A stretch of DNA of 64,000 bases, taken from the NCBI GenBank assembly GCA_965226235.1, contig OZ245335.1:1580427-1644426 (forward strand), given 5' to 3'. The notes under the pieces are model-generated. The model searched no databases and was not told the origin of the DNA. It worked only from the letters and a program-made list of their open reading frames with translations. Of the stretch, positions 52,638 through 63,785 are shown in pieces. Position numbers and translations under genes: made by a program. The DNA is from Candidatus Oxydemutatoraceae bacterium. GTDB taxonomy: Bacteria; Pseudomonadota; Gammaproteobacteria; Poriferisulfidales; Oxydemutatoraceae. The stretch's first letter is position 1; every line of letters begins with the position of its first letter.

Positions 52638-53507
52638 TTGGAGCTTTTTCTTCTGTCTGTCGTCAACGGTCTTATTCAGGGTGGGTTCTTCGTACTTTGG
52701 GCCGTTGGCTTTGTGTTGATATTCGGTGTCATGGGCGTGGTCAATTTTGCCCATGGCGAACTGGTGATGGTGGGTGCATACACTATCTGGTTACTGCATG
52801 CGCAAAACAATATGCCGTTCTTGATGGCCCTGATCGTCGCCATTCTTGTCGTAACGATAATCGGTTTGCTCATGGAGCGCTTCCTGTTTCGTCCCAAACG
52901 AGACGATCCTTTGGGCGGATTGATCTGTTCAATCGGGGTGCTGTTTATCTTGCAGGTAATTGCGCACGTGGTAGGCGGTACCGGACCCTCAAAACAGGTT
53001 GCGCCTCCGTTTGAGGGCACATTCATATTGTTTGAGTTCCTGCGTATCCCCTATCAACGGCTGTTTGCCATCGGTGTAGCTGTCTCGGTTCTAGCGATAC
53101 TGTGGTATTTTCTAACGCGCACCAAATTGGGCTGGTCATTGCGTGCCATAGCACTGGATCGGGATGCGGCAGCCCTTCAAGGCATTAATATCAATCGTAC
53201 TTCCATGATCGCCATTGCAATAGGCGCTGCCCTGGCGGGTCTGGCGGGAGGCCTGATCGCCCCTCTGACGAATATCAATCCTCATATGGGACACAATGTC
53301 ATCATTACGGCTTTCATCGTCACCATCGTGGGGGGGATCGGTAGTTTGTCGGGGGCTGTAATGGCCGGTATTCTGTATGCCATGTTTCATACCTTTATTA
53401 CCGCCTATATCAGCGGCACGGTTGCAACGATTTGCGGATTGCTCATTATGGTGGTGGTCCTGATCTTTAAACCTACGGGCATCATGGGCAAGCAGGTGAG
53501 CGAATGA
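52638..53507 (+). CDS. branched-chain-amino-acid-type ABC transporter permease (LivH-like)
   Basis: 289 aa, 8 TM, LivH-family signature. Confidence 0.75.
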   Translation: MELFLLSVVNGLIQGGFFVLWAVGFVLIFGVMGVVNFAHGELVMVGAYTIWLLHAQNNMPFLMALIVAILVVTIIGLLMERFLFRPKRDDPLGGLICSIGVLFILQVIAHVVGGTGPSKQVAPPFEGTFILFEFLRIPYQRLFAIGVAVSVLAILWYFLTRTKLGWSLRAIALDRDAAALQGININRTSMIAIAIGAALAGLAGGLIAPLTNINPHMGHNVIITAFIVTIVGGIGSLSGAVMAGILYAMFHTFITAYISGTVATICGLLIMVVVLIFKPTGIMGKQVSE

Positions 53508-53511
53508 AATC

Positions 53512-54546
53512 GTGAATGGCAGAATCAAGAAAACGGCCGGCTTGATCGCCCTGTTGATCGGCCTTTCAATCCTGCCGCATTTCCTGAAATTCCATCATCA
53601 GGATCTGATGATTTTTCTGGTCATCAACGTGCTGGTGGTGGCCAGCTACCGGTTGGTCACGCTGACCGGAGAGTGGTCATTGATCCACATCATCATGATG
53701 GGTGTGGGGGCCTATACCACGGCCTTGCTGACCAAGCACTTCGATTTCTCTTTCTGGCTCTCACTGCCGCTTGCAGGAGGCGTTGCAGGTATCGTTGCGG
53801 CATTGCTCTCTTTTCCTCTTTTCCGTACCAGCCAGTTCTATTTTCTGATCGGATCGTTTGCGGTCGGGGAAGCCATTCGGCTGTGCTGGATATATTTTGT
53901 AAAGCCGTTCGGGGGTTCAAGCGGTTTAAGCAATATTCCGCCACCGAAGCTGGGTAGTTTCGAGTTCATTGATCCCATCCCCTATTACTACCTGTGTCTG
54001 GCTGTGGTAACCGTCTGCCTGGCCGTTTTGTACCGTATTGAAGAATCCCGCATCGGTCTGACGTTGCACGCGGTGCACTGGAAGGCGCCACTGGCCGAAT
54101 CCGTCGGAGTGAACACCTGGCGTTACCGTTCGCTTGCCTTCATAGTGGGTTCCTTGTTTGTCGGCATCGCAGGGGGCCTGAAAGTTCACTATCTTGGCAC
54201 CATTACCCCACACCAGTTCGGTATCGGTGCCATGGTGTTTGTCTTGGTCTGGGTCATCGTCGGCGGATACAGCAAATTTTACGGACCGATTCTGGGAGTG
54301 ACCGTATTGACTGTCCTGGACGAATCTTTCCGCAGTTTCGAAGACATACGCCCGGCTATTTATGGCACGATCCTGATTTTCTCAATTATGTTTTTGCCTG
54401 CAGGTCTTGAGAGTGTGCCGGTCAAAGTCCGGAGCTGGCTGGGTATGGGCATGTCGGAGGATGGGGAAAAGCTAACCTTTGGAGCTGGCGGCAATAGACT
54501 GGAACAGGAAAGAACCTCGCTCTGGTGGCTGTTCCGCAAGCCCTAG
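53512..54546 (+). CDS. branched-chain-amino-acid-type ABC transporter permease (LivM-like)
   Basis: 344 aa polytopic permease immediately after the LivH-like gene. Confidence 0.7.
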   Translation: MNGRIKKTAGLIALLIGLSILPHFLKFHHQDLMIFLVINVLVVASYRLVTLTGEWSLIHIIMMGVGAYTTALLTKHFDFSFWLSLPLAGGVAGIVAALLSFPLFRTSQFYFLIGSFAVGEAIRLCWIYFVKPFGGSSGLSNIPPPKLGSFEFIDPIPYYYLCLAVVTVCLAVLYRIEESRIGLTLHAVHWKAPLAESVGVNTWRYRSLAFIVGSLFVGIAGGLKVHYLGTITPHQFGIGAMVFVLVWVIVGGYSKFYGPILGVTVLTVLDESFRSFEDIRPAIYGTILIFSIMFLPAGLESVPVKVRSWLGMGMSEDGEKLTFGAGGNRLEQERTSLWWLFRKP

Positions 54547-54582
54547 TATTCATGCAGAAATAATCCATTCAGGTGGCATTAG

Positions 54583-55338
54583 GTGGCGATACTTGAAATT
54601 AAAAATGTAACCAAGCAGTTCGATGGCTTGACTGCCTTGGACGATGTCAGTTTTCAGGTAGAAGAGGGTGAAATACGTGGCCTGATTGGACCCAACGGCG
54701 CCGGTAAAAGCACCATGTTCAAGAATATTGCAGGATTTTACACGCCCACCAAAGGCGAGATCATCTATCAGGGACAAAATGTTGCAGGTAAGAAGCCCAG
54801 CACCGTATCGAAACTTGGCATCGTACGCACTTTCCAGGAGACGACCCTGTTCCAGGAACTAACGGTATTTGAAAATGCCCTGGTGGGTTGCCATATACGT
54901 GCACGTTCCAATATCTTTGCTGCGATTTTTGGTACGGACAGGGAAAAGCAAAGCAGTGCCGAGCAAAAGACCCTGAAAGTGCTGGAATTCATGGGCCTTA
55001 CTGACCGCAAGGATCAACTGGCCTCAGCCCTCCCCTTGGGCTCACAACGCGCCTTGGCCATTGCCATCGCCCTGAACACGGAGTTGAAAATCCTGCTGAT
55101 GGATGAACCGTTTGCAGGCATGAACCCGGAAGAAACCAATCGCATGATGGAACTGACCAAAAAAGTACGTGAGTCGGGAGTGACCATTGTACTGGTGGAA
55201 CATGACATGAAAGCAGTGATGGGGCTGTGCGACTATCTTACGGTGTTGAAATTTGGTCACTTGCTGGCAGAAGGTACCCCGGAAGAAATCCGCAACAACG
55301 AAAAAGTGATCGAAGCTTATCTGGGCAAGGCGGACTAG
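54583..55338 (+). CDS. ABC transporter ATP-binding protein (LivG-like)
   Basis: Walker A GPNGAGKST, signature and Walker B LLMDEP. Confidence 0.8.
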   Translation: MAILEIKNVTKQFDGLTALDDVSFQVEEGEIRGLIGPNGAGKSTMFKNIAGFYTPTKGEIIYQGQNVAGKKPSTVSKLGIVRTFQETTLFQELTVFENALVGCHIRARSNIFAAIFGTDREKQSSAEQKTLKVLEFMGLTDRKDQLASALPLGSQRALAIAIALNTELKILLMDEPFAGMNPEETNRMMELTKKVRESGVTIVLVEHDMKAVMGLCDYLTVLKFGHLLAEGTPEEIRNNEKVIEAYLGKAD

Positions 55339-55339
55339 T

Positions 55340-56047
55340 ATGCTTTTGCAAATCAAGGACATCCATGTGTATTACCAGAAAGTGGCTGCACTCAAAGGCG
55401 TTTCCATGGAGCTGGGAGAATCCGATTTTGTCACCCTGATCGGCTCCAACGGTGCTGGCAAAAGTACGACATTACGTACAATCTCCGGACTTGAACATCC
55501 AAGCTCAGGGGAAATTCTTTTTGACGGAAATAGAATCGATCGTTTCACTGCTGACAGGATATTAAAGCTGGGGATTGCCCATGTTCCCGAAGGACGTCGT
55601 GTATTCAAAGGGCTCACCGCATATGAGAATTTGCAGCTGGGTGCGTTTGTTCGAGACGACAAAAAACAGATTGCAAAGGACATCGAAGAGGTGTTCGACC
55701 GCTTTCCACGTTTGCGGAAATGTAAAAATCAGTTGGCTAAAACCATGAGTGGCGGTGAACAGCAGATGCTGGCAATCGGCCGGGCCCTGATGTCCGATCC
55801 GCGCGTGCTGTTGCTGGATGAGCCATCCTTGGGTCTGGCACCTGTAATTGTGCATGAAATTGCGAAAATCCTGACAGAGATAAACCGGAAAGGGGTGAGT
55901 ATAGTGCTGGTCGAACAGAATGCGGAACTTGCCCTGGAGCTTGCACAGCATGGCTACGTGCTGGAAACGGGATCCGTCGCGCTGGAAGGCAAGGCCAAGG
56001 AACTCATGGATAACGACCATGTACGCAAGGCATATCTGGGGATATGA
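55340..56047 (+). CDS. ABC transporter ATP-binding protein (LivF-like)
   Basis: Walker A GSNGAGKST, signature LSGGEQQ, Walker B LLLDEP. Confidence 0.8.
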   Translation: MLLQIKDIHVYYQKVAALKGVSMELGESDFVTLIGSNGAGKSTTLRTISGLEHPSSGEILFDGNRIDRFTADRILKLGIAHVPEGRRVFKGLTAYENLQLGAFVRDDKKQIAKDIEEVFDRFPRLRKCKNQLAKTMSGGEQQMLAIGRALMSDPRVLLLDEPSLGLAPVIVHEIAKILTEINRKGVSIVLVEQNAELALELAQHGYVLETGSVALEGKAKELMDNDHVRKAYLGI

Positions 56048-56099
56048 AATCATGAATGTGCGGTGAACGCATACAACAAAAGTGTTTTCCAATCTGGAA

Positions 56100-56530
56100 A
56101 CGAGCCTGAAGAGAGCAGTTTTATTTACGTCTCGGCTTGCACTCAGTCGGCGTGGTTTCGGGTTTTGTTAAAGCACTGAAACAGTTTATCCCGGGCCTCG
56201 TTGAGCATCCGGGCAGCTTCATTATCACTGTGTTGCATCGCGATCTCTGATACGGCCTGAGTATACCCGACACTTTTCATGGTAAATAATGTAACGTAAC
56301 TATGAGAGGTAAACGATGGGCAAAGGCATTCTGCGTGGGTTTGCCAGACTGAATAAATACAGTGCCGTGCCGCTACGGGCACTCCAGAGAAACATGGCTT
56401 TACTGGTCAACTCCGTCCCGTTATCGCGCACCAAGGTTTTGGGTAGTTGCTGATGCTCGCCAGGCTGATCCAGATAACGCACCAGACGAGCACCGGAAAT
56501 GGAGGTGTTACGATCTGCCCCGCGCACTGC
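56100..56530 (-). mobile_element. IS3-family (IS407-like) remnant
   Basis: ORF 56300-56527(-) …SISGARLVRYLDQPGEHQQLPKTLVRDNGTELTSKAMFLWSARSGT… matches orfB of the 38790-39437 copy. Confidence 0.5.
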
Positions 56531-56602
56531 CTGGAAAAATCCTCACTACACCTGGACCGGATTACAGGGGAAAGGTCGTTGCGCGTGAAACGCAACGGTA
56601 AA

Positions 56603-57562
56603 ATGCACAGGCAACGGGAGATCATAAGCCGGCGTTGCCTGCTGCTGTGTTGCACGGCGCTGGTATGCTTCGCCTCGTCTGGGGCGGCGCATGGCATCCG
56701 CGACAACGTTCCGCGCATTGCCGTGATGTCAGCCTTCGCGCCGGAGATGTCCGCCCTGAAAGAAGAGTTGGGCAACACAGTAGTGCACTCGATAAACGGC
56801 GTTGAATTCTCCGTCGGCACATTGCAGCAGCACGATGTCGTGTTGCTTCTGACCGGCATCAGCGTCGTCAACGCTGCTATGACAGCGCAACTCGCGCTCG
56901 ACAGATTCAACATCCGGTGGATTCTGTTCTCGGGCATTGCCGGCGGCGTCGATCCAGAGTTGAACCTTGGCGATGTCGTCATAGCGGACCGCTGGGGGCA
57001 GTATCTCGAAATGCTTTTCGCCCGTGAAGTCAACGGCGGGTGGAGCAAACCGGCGTTCTTCAAGTATCCCTTCGGCAACTTCGGCATGATGTTCCCGCGA
57101 GCCGTTGACGTACGACAAGCCGGGGCCGAACCGCAAACCCGCTTCTGGTTTCCGGTCAACGAAACCCTGCTGGACAATGCCCGCGCCGCAGCCACGGGAG
57201 TCATACTCGAGCAGTGCACGGCGCATGACATGTGTCTCGAGCAATCGCCCCGGATCGTAATTGGCGGCTCGGGGGTATCCGGCGGCGCTTTTGTTGATAA
57301 CGCCGCTTTTCGCGACTACACCTTCAAGACCTTTGGCGCGCGCGTGCTGGATATGGAGAGCGCCGCCGTAGCGCATGTCGCCTGGTCAAACCAGACGCCA
57401 TTTATCGCCATCCGTAGCCTGTCCGACCTGGCGGGCGGGGAGGCGCATGAAAACCAGATGGAGATTTTCCTGCGCCTTGCAGCAAAAAACGCAGCCAGCG
57501 TCGTCAAGGCACTGCTGCGGGCAACACCCCGGGAGGCCAACCTCATTCAATCCCGCGATTGA
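56603..57562 (+). CDS. secreted nucleoside phosphorylase/nucleosidase family (PNP_UDP_1-like) protein
   Basis: Signal peptide (RRCLLLCCTALVCFASSGAAHG) then …IAVMSAFAPEMSAL…LLTGISVVNAAMTAQLAL…FSGIAGGV…, MTA/SAH-nucleosidase-like. High GC. Confidence 0.55.
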   Translation: MHRQREIISRRCLLLCCTALVCFASSGAAHGIRDNVPRIAVMSAFAPEMSALKEELGNTVVHSINGVEFSVGTLQQHDVVLLLTGISVVNAAMTAQLALDRFNIRWILFSGIAGGVDPELNLGDVVIADRWGQYLEMLFAREVNGGWSKPAFFKYPFGNFGMMFPRAVDVRQAGAEPQTRFWFPVNETLLDNARAAATGVILEQCTAHDMCLEQSPRIVIGGSGVSGGAFVDNAAFRDYTFKTFGARVLDMESAAVAHVAWSNQTPFIAIRSLSDLAGGEAHENQMEIFLRLAAKNAASVVKALLRATPREANLIQSRD

Positions 57563-57606
57563 CCGGACCCGCCGCCGCTATTGCTTCGTGATCTCGGAGT
57601 TTCGCC

Positions 57607-58089
57607 ATGCCCGACGGTGCTTCGGTCCATGCCTCAGCTTGCCAGTCGGTGAATTCGCGGTTCGACGAGCACCGTCTAGTACAGCCTTACGCTACACCCC
57701 GACTAAGTAACTCTCCTCTGGAGGCCGAAGAGGTGCTGGGGCATTACCGGGGCCTGTGGCAGGTGGAGGAGGCATTCCGGGTCAGCAAGCACGACCTTCG
57801 GGTGCGACCGATCTTTCACTGGACACCCGCGCGCATCCAGGCGCATCTGGCGATCACGTTCATGGCCCTGCTGTGCGTGCGGCATCTGGCCTACCGTGTC
57901 GAGCTTCAGTCTCGCCGCCTTTCCCCGGAAGCTATCCGCACGGCTCTGCTCCATGTCCAGTCCAGCGTGCTGGAGCATCTGGGCACAGGACGGCGCTATG
58001 TCATTCCTTCCTCGGTGAGCCGGGAGGCGGAGAAGATCTACCAGGTGATGGGTTTGAAGCATTCCCGGGTTCCGTTCGAACTCGTCTGA
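57607..58089 (+). pseudogene. IS4-superfamily (IS1634/IS4-like) transposase C-terminal fragment
   Basis: …YRGLWQVEEAFRVSKHDLRVRPIFHWTPARIQAHLAITFMALL… conserved C-terminal block of IS4-type DDE transposases. No N-terminal part. Confidence 0.55.
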
Positions 58090-58186
58090 TAGTTCTACAG
58101 GGCTCAAGCCCTGCATTGTAGTGCCTTGCTGGAAATTAAACTCCAATGAAATCAATCATTTGACTCATTCAACCGTCGAAGTCAGG

Positions 58187-58293
58187 AGGCGATTTCATAG
58201 AAACCTCGCACGCGGAAGCCGATGTGTTGCATCAACATGTCGGCTTCCTTTTTACATCAGACCATCTGTCCCATTTGTTTCTGAACTCATACA
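58187..58293 (-). mobile_element. IS481 left-end fragment (extended-variant left end with hairpin), abutting the B-copy wrbA segment
   Basis: Reverse complement TGTATGAGTTCAGAAACAAATGGGACAGATGGTCTGATGTAAAAAGGAAGCCGACATGTTGATGCAACACATCGGCTTCC… collinear with 27868-27990. Confidence 0.65.
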
Positions 58294-58406
58294 CCGGGTA
58301 GGCGTCAAGAGAAGATGGAGCCTTTCTCAACCGGGGGCTGGTCGCGAGCGCGTGTGGATGTATTATTCAGGGAGATGCCCCAGAACCTGCCTGGTACCAC
58401 CTGCAA

Positions 58407-59004
<598 letters not shown>

Positions 59005-59345
59005 GGGAGCCCCCTGGCGCGGGGAAGAAACCTGCGCCCGGCTGGCGGTGCACACCGGCAGCCATGCCGAACATCCCTCGGGCGCGTGATCGCGGTAGCG
59101 CAGGCTCGCGCGCACACCTCCTCCAGGTTCTGGCACACCCGCGCAACACGGGATCAGTATCAGGCGAGCGTGGGGCGGCTTTGCAACAACGCTCGGCGGA
59201 CACCCTCACCAACAAAATCCCGGGTTGTCCCATAGGTGGTAAACTCCTACACCCGGTTGCATTGCACTATGACGGCAACAATAATCCGCAGGGGAATGGT
59301 TCCTTGCGGGACGGTTTTCTGCACGTGACAGGAGGAATCTGAAAC

Positions 59346-59660
59346 ATGGAACTGACAGTCCAGCAATTTGAACAGTTTGACAACCGCCTTGGGCAATTTG
59401 ACAATCGCCTTGAGCAATTTGACAATCGCCTTGAGCAATTTGACAACCGCCTTGAGCAATTTGACAATCGCCTGCAGGCTGTTGAACAAGGGCAACGAGA
59501 CCTTGAGCGCGAGGTCGTTGGCGTCAAGCAGGATCTCTCGCGTGAGATCGTTGCTTCCCAGGCCCGGATCATCCAGTGGGTGGTCGGTCTGTTCCTGGGC
59601 TCGACGGTGGTCGTCGCGACGCTCTCCGGCGTCTATATCTCGGTGCTGCTCGCGCGATAA
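59346..59660 (+). CDS. small coiled-coil/C-terminal-TM protein, paralog B (5 x (E/G)QFDNRL heptads, 1 x EQGQRDL)
   Basis: [57 protein letters not shown]… Otherwise >95% identical to 16947-17219. Confidence 0.55.
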   Translation: MELTVQQFEQFDNRLGQFDNRLEQFDNRLEQFDNRLEQFDNRLQAVEQGQRDLEREVVGVKQDLSREIVASQARIIQWVVGLFLGSTVVVATLSGVYISVLLAR

Positions 59661-59880
59661 CACTTGCGGCCGGAGGCCGCGCCTATTAGTTGACATGACG
59701 CCCCGCATCCGCGGGACGTTGTTTATTTGGTTCAAGACGGATCCGACCAACGGCACCAAAATTCGGATAAGCGGTCGGAACCTGGACTTTCAGCCTGGCG
59801 GCGCCTTGCTCTATGTGGTGGCGCAGTACAAAGGTGTGTCAACCCAATCCAAAGGTGTTCCTGCTTTCCATGCGCGTCGG

Positions 59881-59886
59881 TATAAT
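59881..59886 (+). promoter_or_regulatory. candidate -10 hexamer TATAAT upstream of fmdB-aspS (weak -35 TTCCTG at 17-nt spacing)
   Basis: …ttcctgctttccatgcgcgtcggtataatgcaacc… 9 nt before the fmdB ATG region. Sequence-only guess. Confidence 0.25.
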
Positions 59887-59894
59887 GCAACCGT

Positions 59895-60257
59895 ATGCCT
59901 ATTTATGAATATCAATGCGCCGTCTGCGGAGCGCGTCACGAGGCCTTGCAGAAACTCAATGCGCCACTATTGCGCGATTGCCCGGAATGCGGCAGACCCG
60001 ACCTGGTCAAGCTGGTGACGGTGGCGGGCTTTCGCCTGGCTGGCAGCGGCTGGTACGAGACCGATTTCAAGACCGGGGACAAGCGCAATCTGGCGACAGG
60101 TTCCGACGCGCGACCCGATGCCGGTAAAGACCCTGCCCCCGGCAAGGAATCCGCCGCGAGCGGAGGGTCCACCGCCGACAAAAATCAGAAGAAGCCTGAG
60201 AAGAAGCCTGAATCGAAACCGGCAGGTCGACCTGTCTCTCCTGCAGCAAGCGAATAG
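59895..60257 (+). CDS. FmdB-family zinc-ribbon protein
   Basis: [21 protein letters not shown]…[17 protein letters not shown]… two CxxC pairs and a low-complexity K/P/E-rich tail. Confidence 0.65.
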   Translation: MPIYEYQCAVCGARHEALQKLNAPLLRDCPECGRPDLVKLVTVAGFRLAGSGWYETDFKTGDKRNLATGSDARPDAGKDPAPGKESAASGGSTADKNQKKPEKKPESKPAGRPVSPAASE

Positions 60258-60306
60258 CGCCTCCGACAGTAATCTGATGATGCCTGGCCGGTTTGCGCCC
60301 TCGTCG

Positions 60307-62082
60307 ATGCGTACCCATTATTGTGGAGAGATCGGTGACGCGATGCTCGGTCAGGAGGTGGCGGTCTGTGGCTGGGTCAATCGACGCCGCGACCATGGCG
60401 GCATTATTTTTATTGATTTGCGTGATCGGGAAGGCATCGTGCAGGTGGTCGCCAACCCCGATACGCCCGCGGTGTTCTCGGTCGCCGATCGGGTGCGTAG
60501 CGAGTTTGTCGTGCGCGTGCGCGGAGAGATCAGGCTACGCCCGGAGAATACGGAAAACCCTGCGCTGAAGACCGGCCGGGTTGAAATCGTCGCCGCGGTG
60601 TTCGAGATTCTCAACGTTGCCCGCCCGCCCCCTGTGCAGATCGACGACAGCAACGTCGGCGATGAAGTACGCCTCGCCTATCGGTATATCGACCTGCGAC
60701 GCCCGGCGATGCAACGCAATCTTGGGACGCGCGCGCGCGCGACTCGAGAGTTGCGCGCGTTTCTCGATGATCATGGCTTTATCGACATCGAGACGCCGAT
60801 GCTGACCCGTTCGACGCCCGAAGGTGCCCGCGACTATCTGGTTCCGAGTCGCACGCACGCAGGTGCCTTCTTCGCGTTGCCGCAGTCGCCGCAGTTGTTC
60901 AAGCAGTTGTTGATGATGGGCGGGTTCGATCGCTATTACCAGGTGGTTCGTTGCTTTCGCGATGAAGACCTGCGCGCCGACCGGCAGCCAGAATTCACGC
61001 AACTCGATATCGAGATGTCTTTCGTCGACGAGGATTTCGTCATGCGGCTGGTGGAGCGGATGATCCGCTTGTTGTTCGAGCGCGTTGTCGGCGTGGCATT
61101 GCCGGATCCATTTCCATGCGTTTCCCATGATGAAGCGATGCGGCGCTATGCCAGCGACCGCCCCGACCTGCGTATCCCGCTTGAGATTGTCCCCATCGAG
61201 GACCTGATGCGCGGGGTTGATTTCAAGGTGTTTTCCGCCCATGCCACGGCACCCGACAGCCGCGTCGTCGCCCTTCGCGTTCCCGGCGGCGGCAGGCTCA
61301 CGCGCGGGGCAATCGACGAGTACACTGCGTACGTCAGCAACTTTGGCGCGCGCGGTCTGGCCTATATCAAGTGCGGCGAACTTGCGCGCGCGCGCGCAGG
61401 TCTGCAATCGCCGATTCTCAAGTTCATGCCCGACGATGTGATCGCGAAGCTGCTCGAGCGCACCGGCGCAGCCGATGGCGACATGATTTTTTTCGGCGCA
61501 GGCAAGCGAGAGACGGTCAACGAATCCATGGGCGCATTGCGGGTGCGTCTCGGTCACGACCTGAAGCTGGTCGAAGCGGCGTGGTGCCCTCTGTGGGTCG
61601 TTGACTTCCCGCTGTTCGAGTTTGACGACAAAGCGCAGCGCTGGACTTCGCTGCACCACCCGTTTACCGCGCCGACCGACGCGCAGGTATTGCTGTCCGG
61701 GGAGCCTGCCGCCTGCCGCGCGCGCGCCTATGACCTCGTGATCAACGGCGTCGAACTCGGCGGCGGCTCCATCCGCATTCACGATCCAGCGACGCAGCGT
61801 GCGGTGTTTGACATCCTGGACCCAGAGGAGCACGAACTCGAAGAGAAGTTCGGGTTTCTGCTGCGCGCGCTCGAATATGGGTGCCCTCCGCATGGGGGTA
61901 TCGCGTTTGGCCTCGATCGGCTGGTGATGCTGTTGACCGGGAGCGCATCGATACGCGACGTCATCGCTTTTCCCAAAACCCAGAATGCGCATTGTCCTCT
62001 GACCGACGCGCCCGCGCGCGTGCCGTCAGAGCAACTGCGAGAAGCAGGTATACGCCTTGCCCAGTCCCACGACAAGAAATGA
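60307..62082 (+). CDS. aspS: aspartate--tRNA ligase
   Basis: 591 aa from [32 protein letters not shown]…; class-II motifs (…[23 protein letters not shown]…GGGSIRIHD…). The tool's ORF starts upstream at 60118. Confidence 0.9.
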   Translation: MRTHYCGEIGDAMLGQEVAVCGWVNRRRDHGGIIFIDLRDREGIVQVVANPDTPAVFSVADRVRSEFVVRVRGEIRLRPENTENPALKTGRVEIVAAVFEILNVARPPPVQIDDSNVGDEVRLAYRYIDLRRPAMQRNLGTRARATRELRAFLDDHGFIDIETPMLTRSTPEGARDYLVPSRTHAGAFFALPQSPQLFKQLLMMGGFDRYYQVVRCFRDEDLRADRQPEFTQLDIEMSFVDEDFVMRLVERMIRLLFERVVGVALPDPFPCVSHDEAMRRYASDRPDLRIPLEIVPIEDLMRGVDFKVFSAHATAPDSRVVALRVPGGGRLTRGAIDEYTAYVSNFGARGLAYIKCGELARARAGLQSPILKFMPDDVIAKLLERTGAADGDMIFFGAGKRETVNESMGALRVRLGHDLKLVEAAWCPLWVVDFPLFEFDDKAQRWTSLHHPFTAPTDAQVLLSGEPAACRARAYDLVINGVELGGGSIRIHDPATQRAVFDILDPEEHELEEKFGFLLRALEYGCPPHGGIAFGLDRLVMLLTGSASIRDVIAFPKTQNAHCPLTDAPARVPSEQLREAGIRLAQSHDKK

Positions 62083-62509
62083 GTCACGCTACAAGCGCCC
62101 CGAGTCGGTGCTGGTCGTCGTGTACACTGCTGACAGGCGGGTGCTGCTGTTGCGCCGCAAGGAACCACCGAGCTTCTGGCAGTCGGTTGCAGGCAGTCTC
62201 GAATGGGGCGAAGACCCGCAACAGGCCATGGTGCGCGAACTACGCGAGGAAACCGGTATCGAAAGCAAGGAAGTCGTGGACTGTTACGTGTTGAACAGGT
62301 TTCTGATCTATCCTATGTGGCGAGACCGCTATGCGCCCGGTGTCGTGGAGGGCCTCGAATACGTGTTCAGGCTCAAGCTCGACACTATATGCGAGATTAC
62401 GCTCAACGAGCGGGAGCACGCGGAATACCAGTGGGTGTCTCGCCGCGAAGCACTGGAGCGAGTGAGTTCTTATACCAATTTCGAGGCGATCGAGCAGTGG
62501 GTTTTCTGA
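62057..62509 (+). CDS. nudB: Nudix hydrolase, dihydroneopterin triphosphate diphosphatase-like (NudB)
   Basis: …[57 protein letters not shown]… Nudix box; NudB-like ends. Start uncertain (overlaps the aspS end). Confidence 0.65.
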   Translation: MPSPTTRNESRYKRPESVLVVVYTADRRVLLLRRKEPPSFWQSVAGSLEWGEDPQQAMVRELREETGIESKEVVDCYVLNRFLIYPMWRDRYAPGVVEGLEYVFRLKLDTICEITLNEREHAEYQWVSRREALERVSSYTNFEAIEQWVF

Positions 62510-62536
62510 ACTCGACAATCATCAAAAGGATGTAGC

Positions 62537-63277
62537 GTGTCCGGGCACAGCAAGTGGGCCAACATCCAGCACCGCAAGAAAGCCCAGGACGCGAGGCGCG
62601 GCAAGCTGTTCACGCGGTTGATTCGCGAAATCACTATCGCCGCCCGTCTCGGTGGGCATGAGCCGGGCGCCAACCCGCGCCTGCGGTTGGCACTCGACAA
62701 GGCGGCCGCGGCCAACCTGGGCAGGGAGCCCATCGACCGCGCAATCAAGCGTGGTGCCGGTCTGGTGGAAGGCCGGCCTTACGAAAGCGTGCAATATGAA
62801 GGATACGGTCCGGCTGGCACGGCCGTTCTCGTCGACTGCGCTACGGACAACCGCAACCGCACCGTCGCAGAAGTACGCAACGTGTTTACACGCCACGGCG
62901 GCAGCCTGGGAGAGAACGGCTCGGTCGCCTACCTGTTCGAGCGGCGAGGCGTGCTGGGCTATGGGCAGGCGGACGAAGACACGATACTCGAAGCGGCGCT
63001 CGAAGTGGGCGCCGACGATGTGGTCGGCAAAGACGGCGCGGTGTGGGTCTTTACTGTCCCGGAGCAACTGTTCGAGATTGGACAGGCCATGGGGGCCAGC
63101 GGGTTCGCGCCCGATGAATCGGAGCTGGGCATGGTTCCAACTTCGCTGATCGAGATCGGCGGTGAAGATGCCGACCGGCTGGTGCGGATGCTCGACTCGC
63201 TGGAAGAACTCGAAGATGTGCAGAACATTTACTGCAACGCCAACCTGTCGGATACCCCTTGGCTGCCGTGGCGATGA
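62537..63277 (+). CDS. yebC: YebC/PmpR-family transcriptional regulator
   Basis: MSGHSKWANIQHRKKAQDARRGKLFTRLIREITIAARLGG… canonical YebC N-terminus. Confidence 0.85.
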   Translation: MSGHSKWANIQHRKKAQDARRGKLFTRLIREITIAARLGGHEPGANPRLRLALDKAAAANLGREPIDRAIKRGAGLVEGRPYESVQYEGYGPAGTAVLVDCATDNRNRTVAEVRNVFTRHGGSLGENGSVAYLFERRGVLGYGQADEDTILEAALEVGADDVVGKDGAVWVFTVPEQLFEIGQAMGASGFAPDESELGMVPTSLIEIGGEDADRLVRMLDSLEELEDVQNIYCNANLSDTPWLPWR

Positions 63278-63284
63278 TTGCAAC

Positions 63285-63785
63285 ATGCAACGCATTTTAG
63301 GCATAGACCCGGGACTCGTTGCGACCGGTTACGCCCTGATCGAAAGCGACGCAGGTGCCGTACGCCTGGTTTGTAGCAATGTCATCGCAGCGCCGAATGG
63401 TCAGACGTTGCCCGTGCGCCTCGGCGTGATCTTCAATGGCCTGAGCGCGGTCATCGAATCCTACCGCCCCGAGGCAGCCTCCATAGAAACCGTGTTCATG
63501 CACAAGGACGCATCGGCGGCGCTCAAGCTCGGGCAGGCCCGCGGTGTCGCCGTTTGCGCGAACGTGATCCACGGCGTGGCCGTGTATGAATACGACACCC
63601 GCGTGGTCAAGAAAACCATCGTCGGCAAGGGCAACGCCAGCAAGCAGCAAGTGCAGTTCATGGTCGCGCGTCTGCTGCAAGTAGCCGAGCGCCAGCGTAG
63701 CGACGAAGCGGACGCGATGGCGCTTGCCCTGTGCCACATTTTTACGCACGGCGCGAAGACCCGGCTGGAGCGGGCAATGCCATGA
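63285..63785 (+). CDS. ruvC: crossover junction endodeoxyribonuclease RuvC
   Basis: [20 protein letters not shown]… RNase-H-like fold with catalytic D/E residues. 166 aa. Confidence 0.85.
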   Translation: MQRILGIDPGLVATGYALIESDAGAVRLVCSNVIAAPNGQTLPVRLGVIFNGLSAVIESYRPEAASIETVFMHKDASAALKLGQARGVAVCANVIHGVAVYEYDTRVVKKTIVGKGNASKQQVQFMVARLLQVAERQRSDEADAMALALCHIFTHGAKTRLERAMP

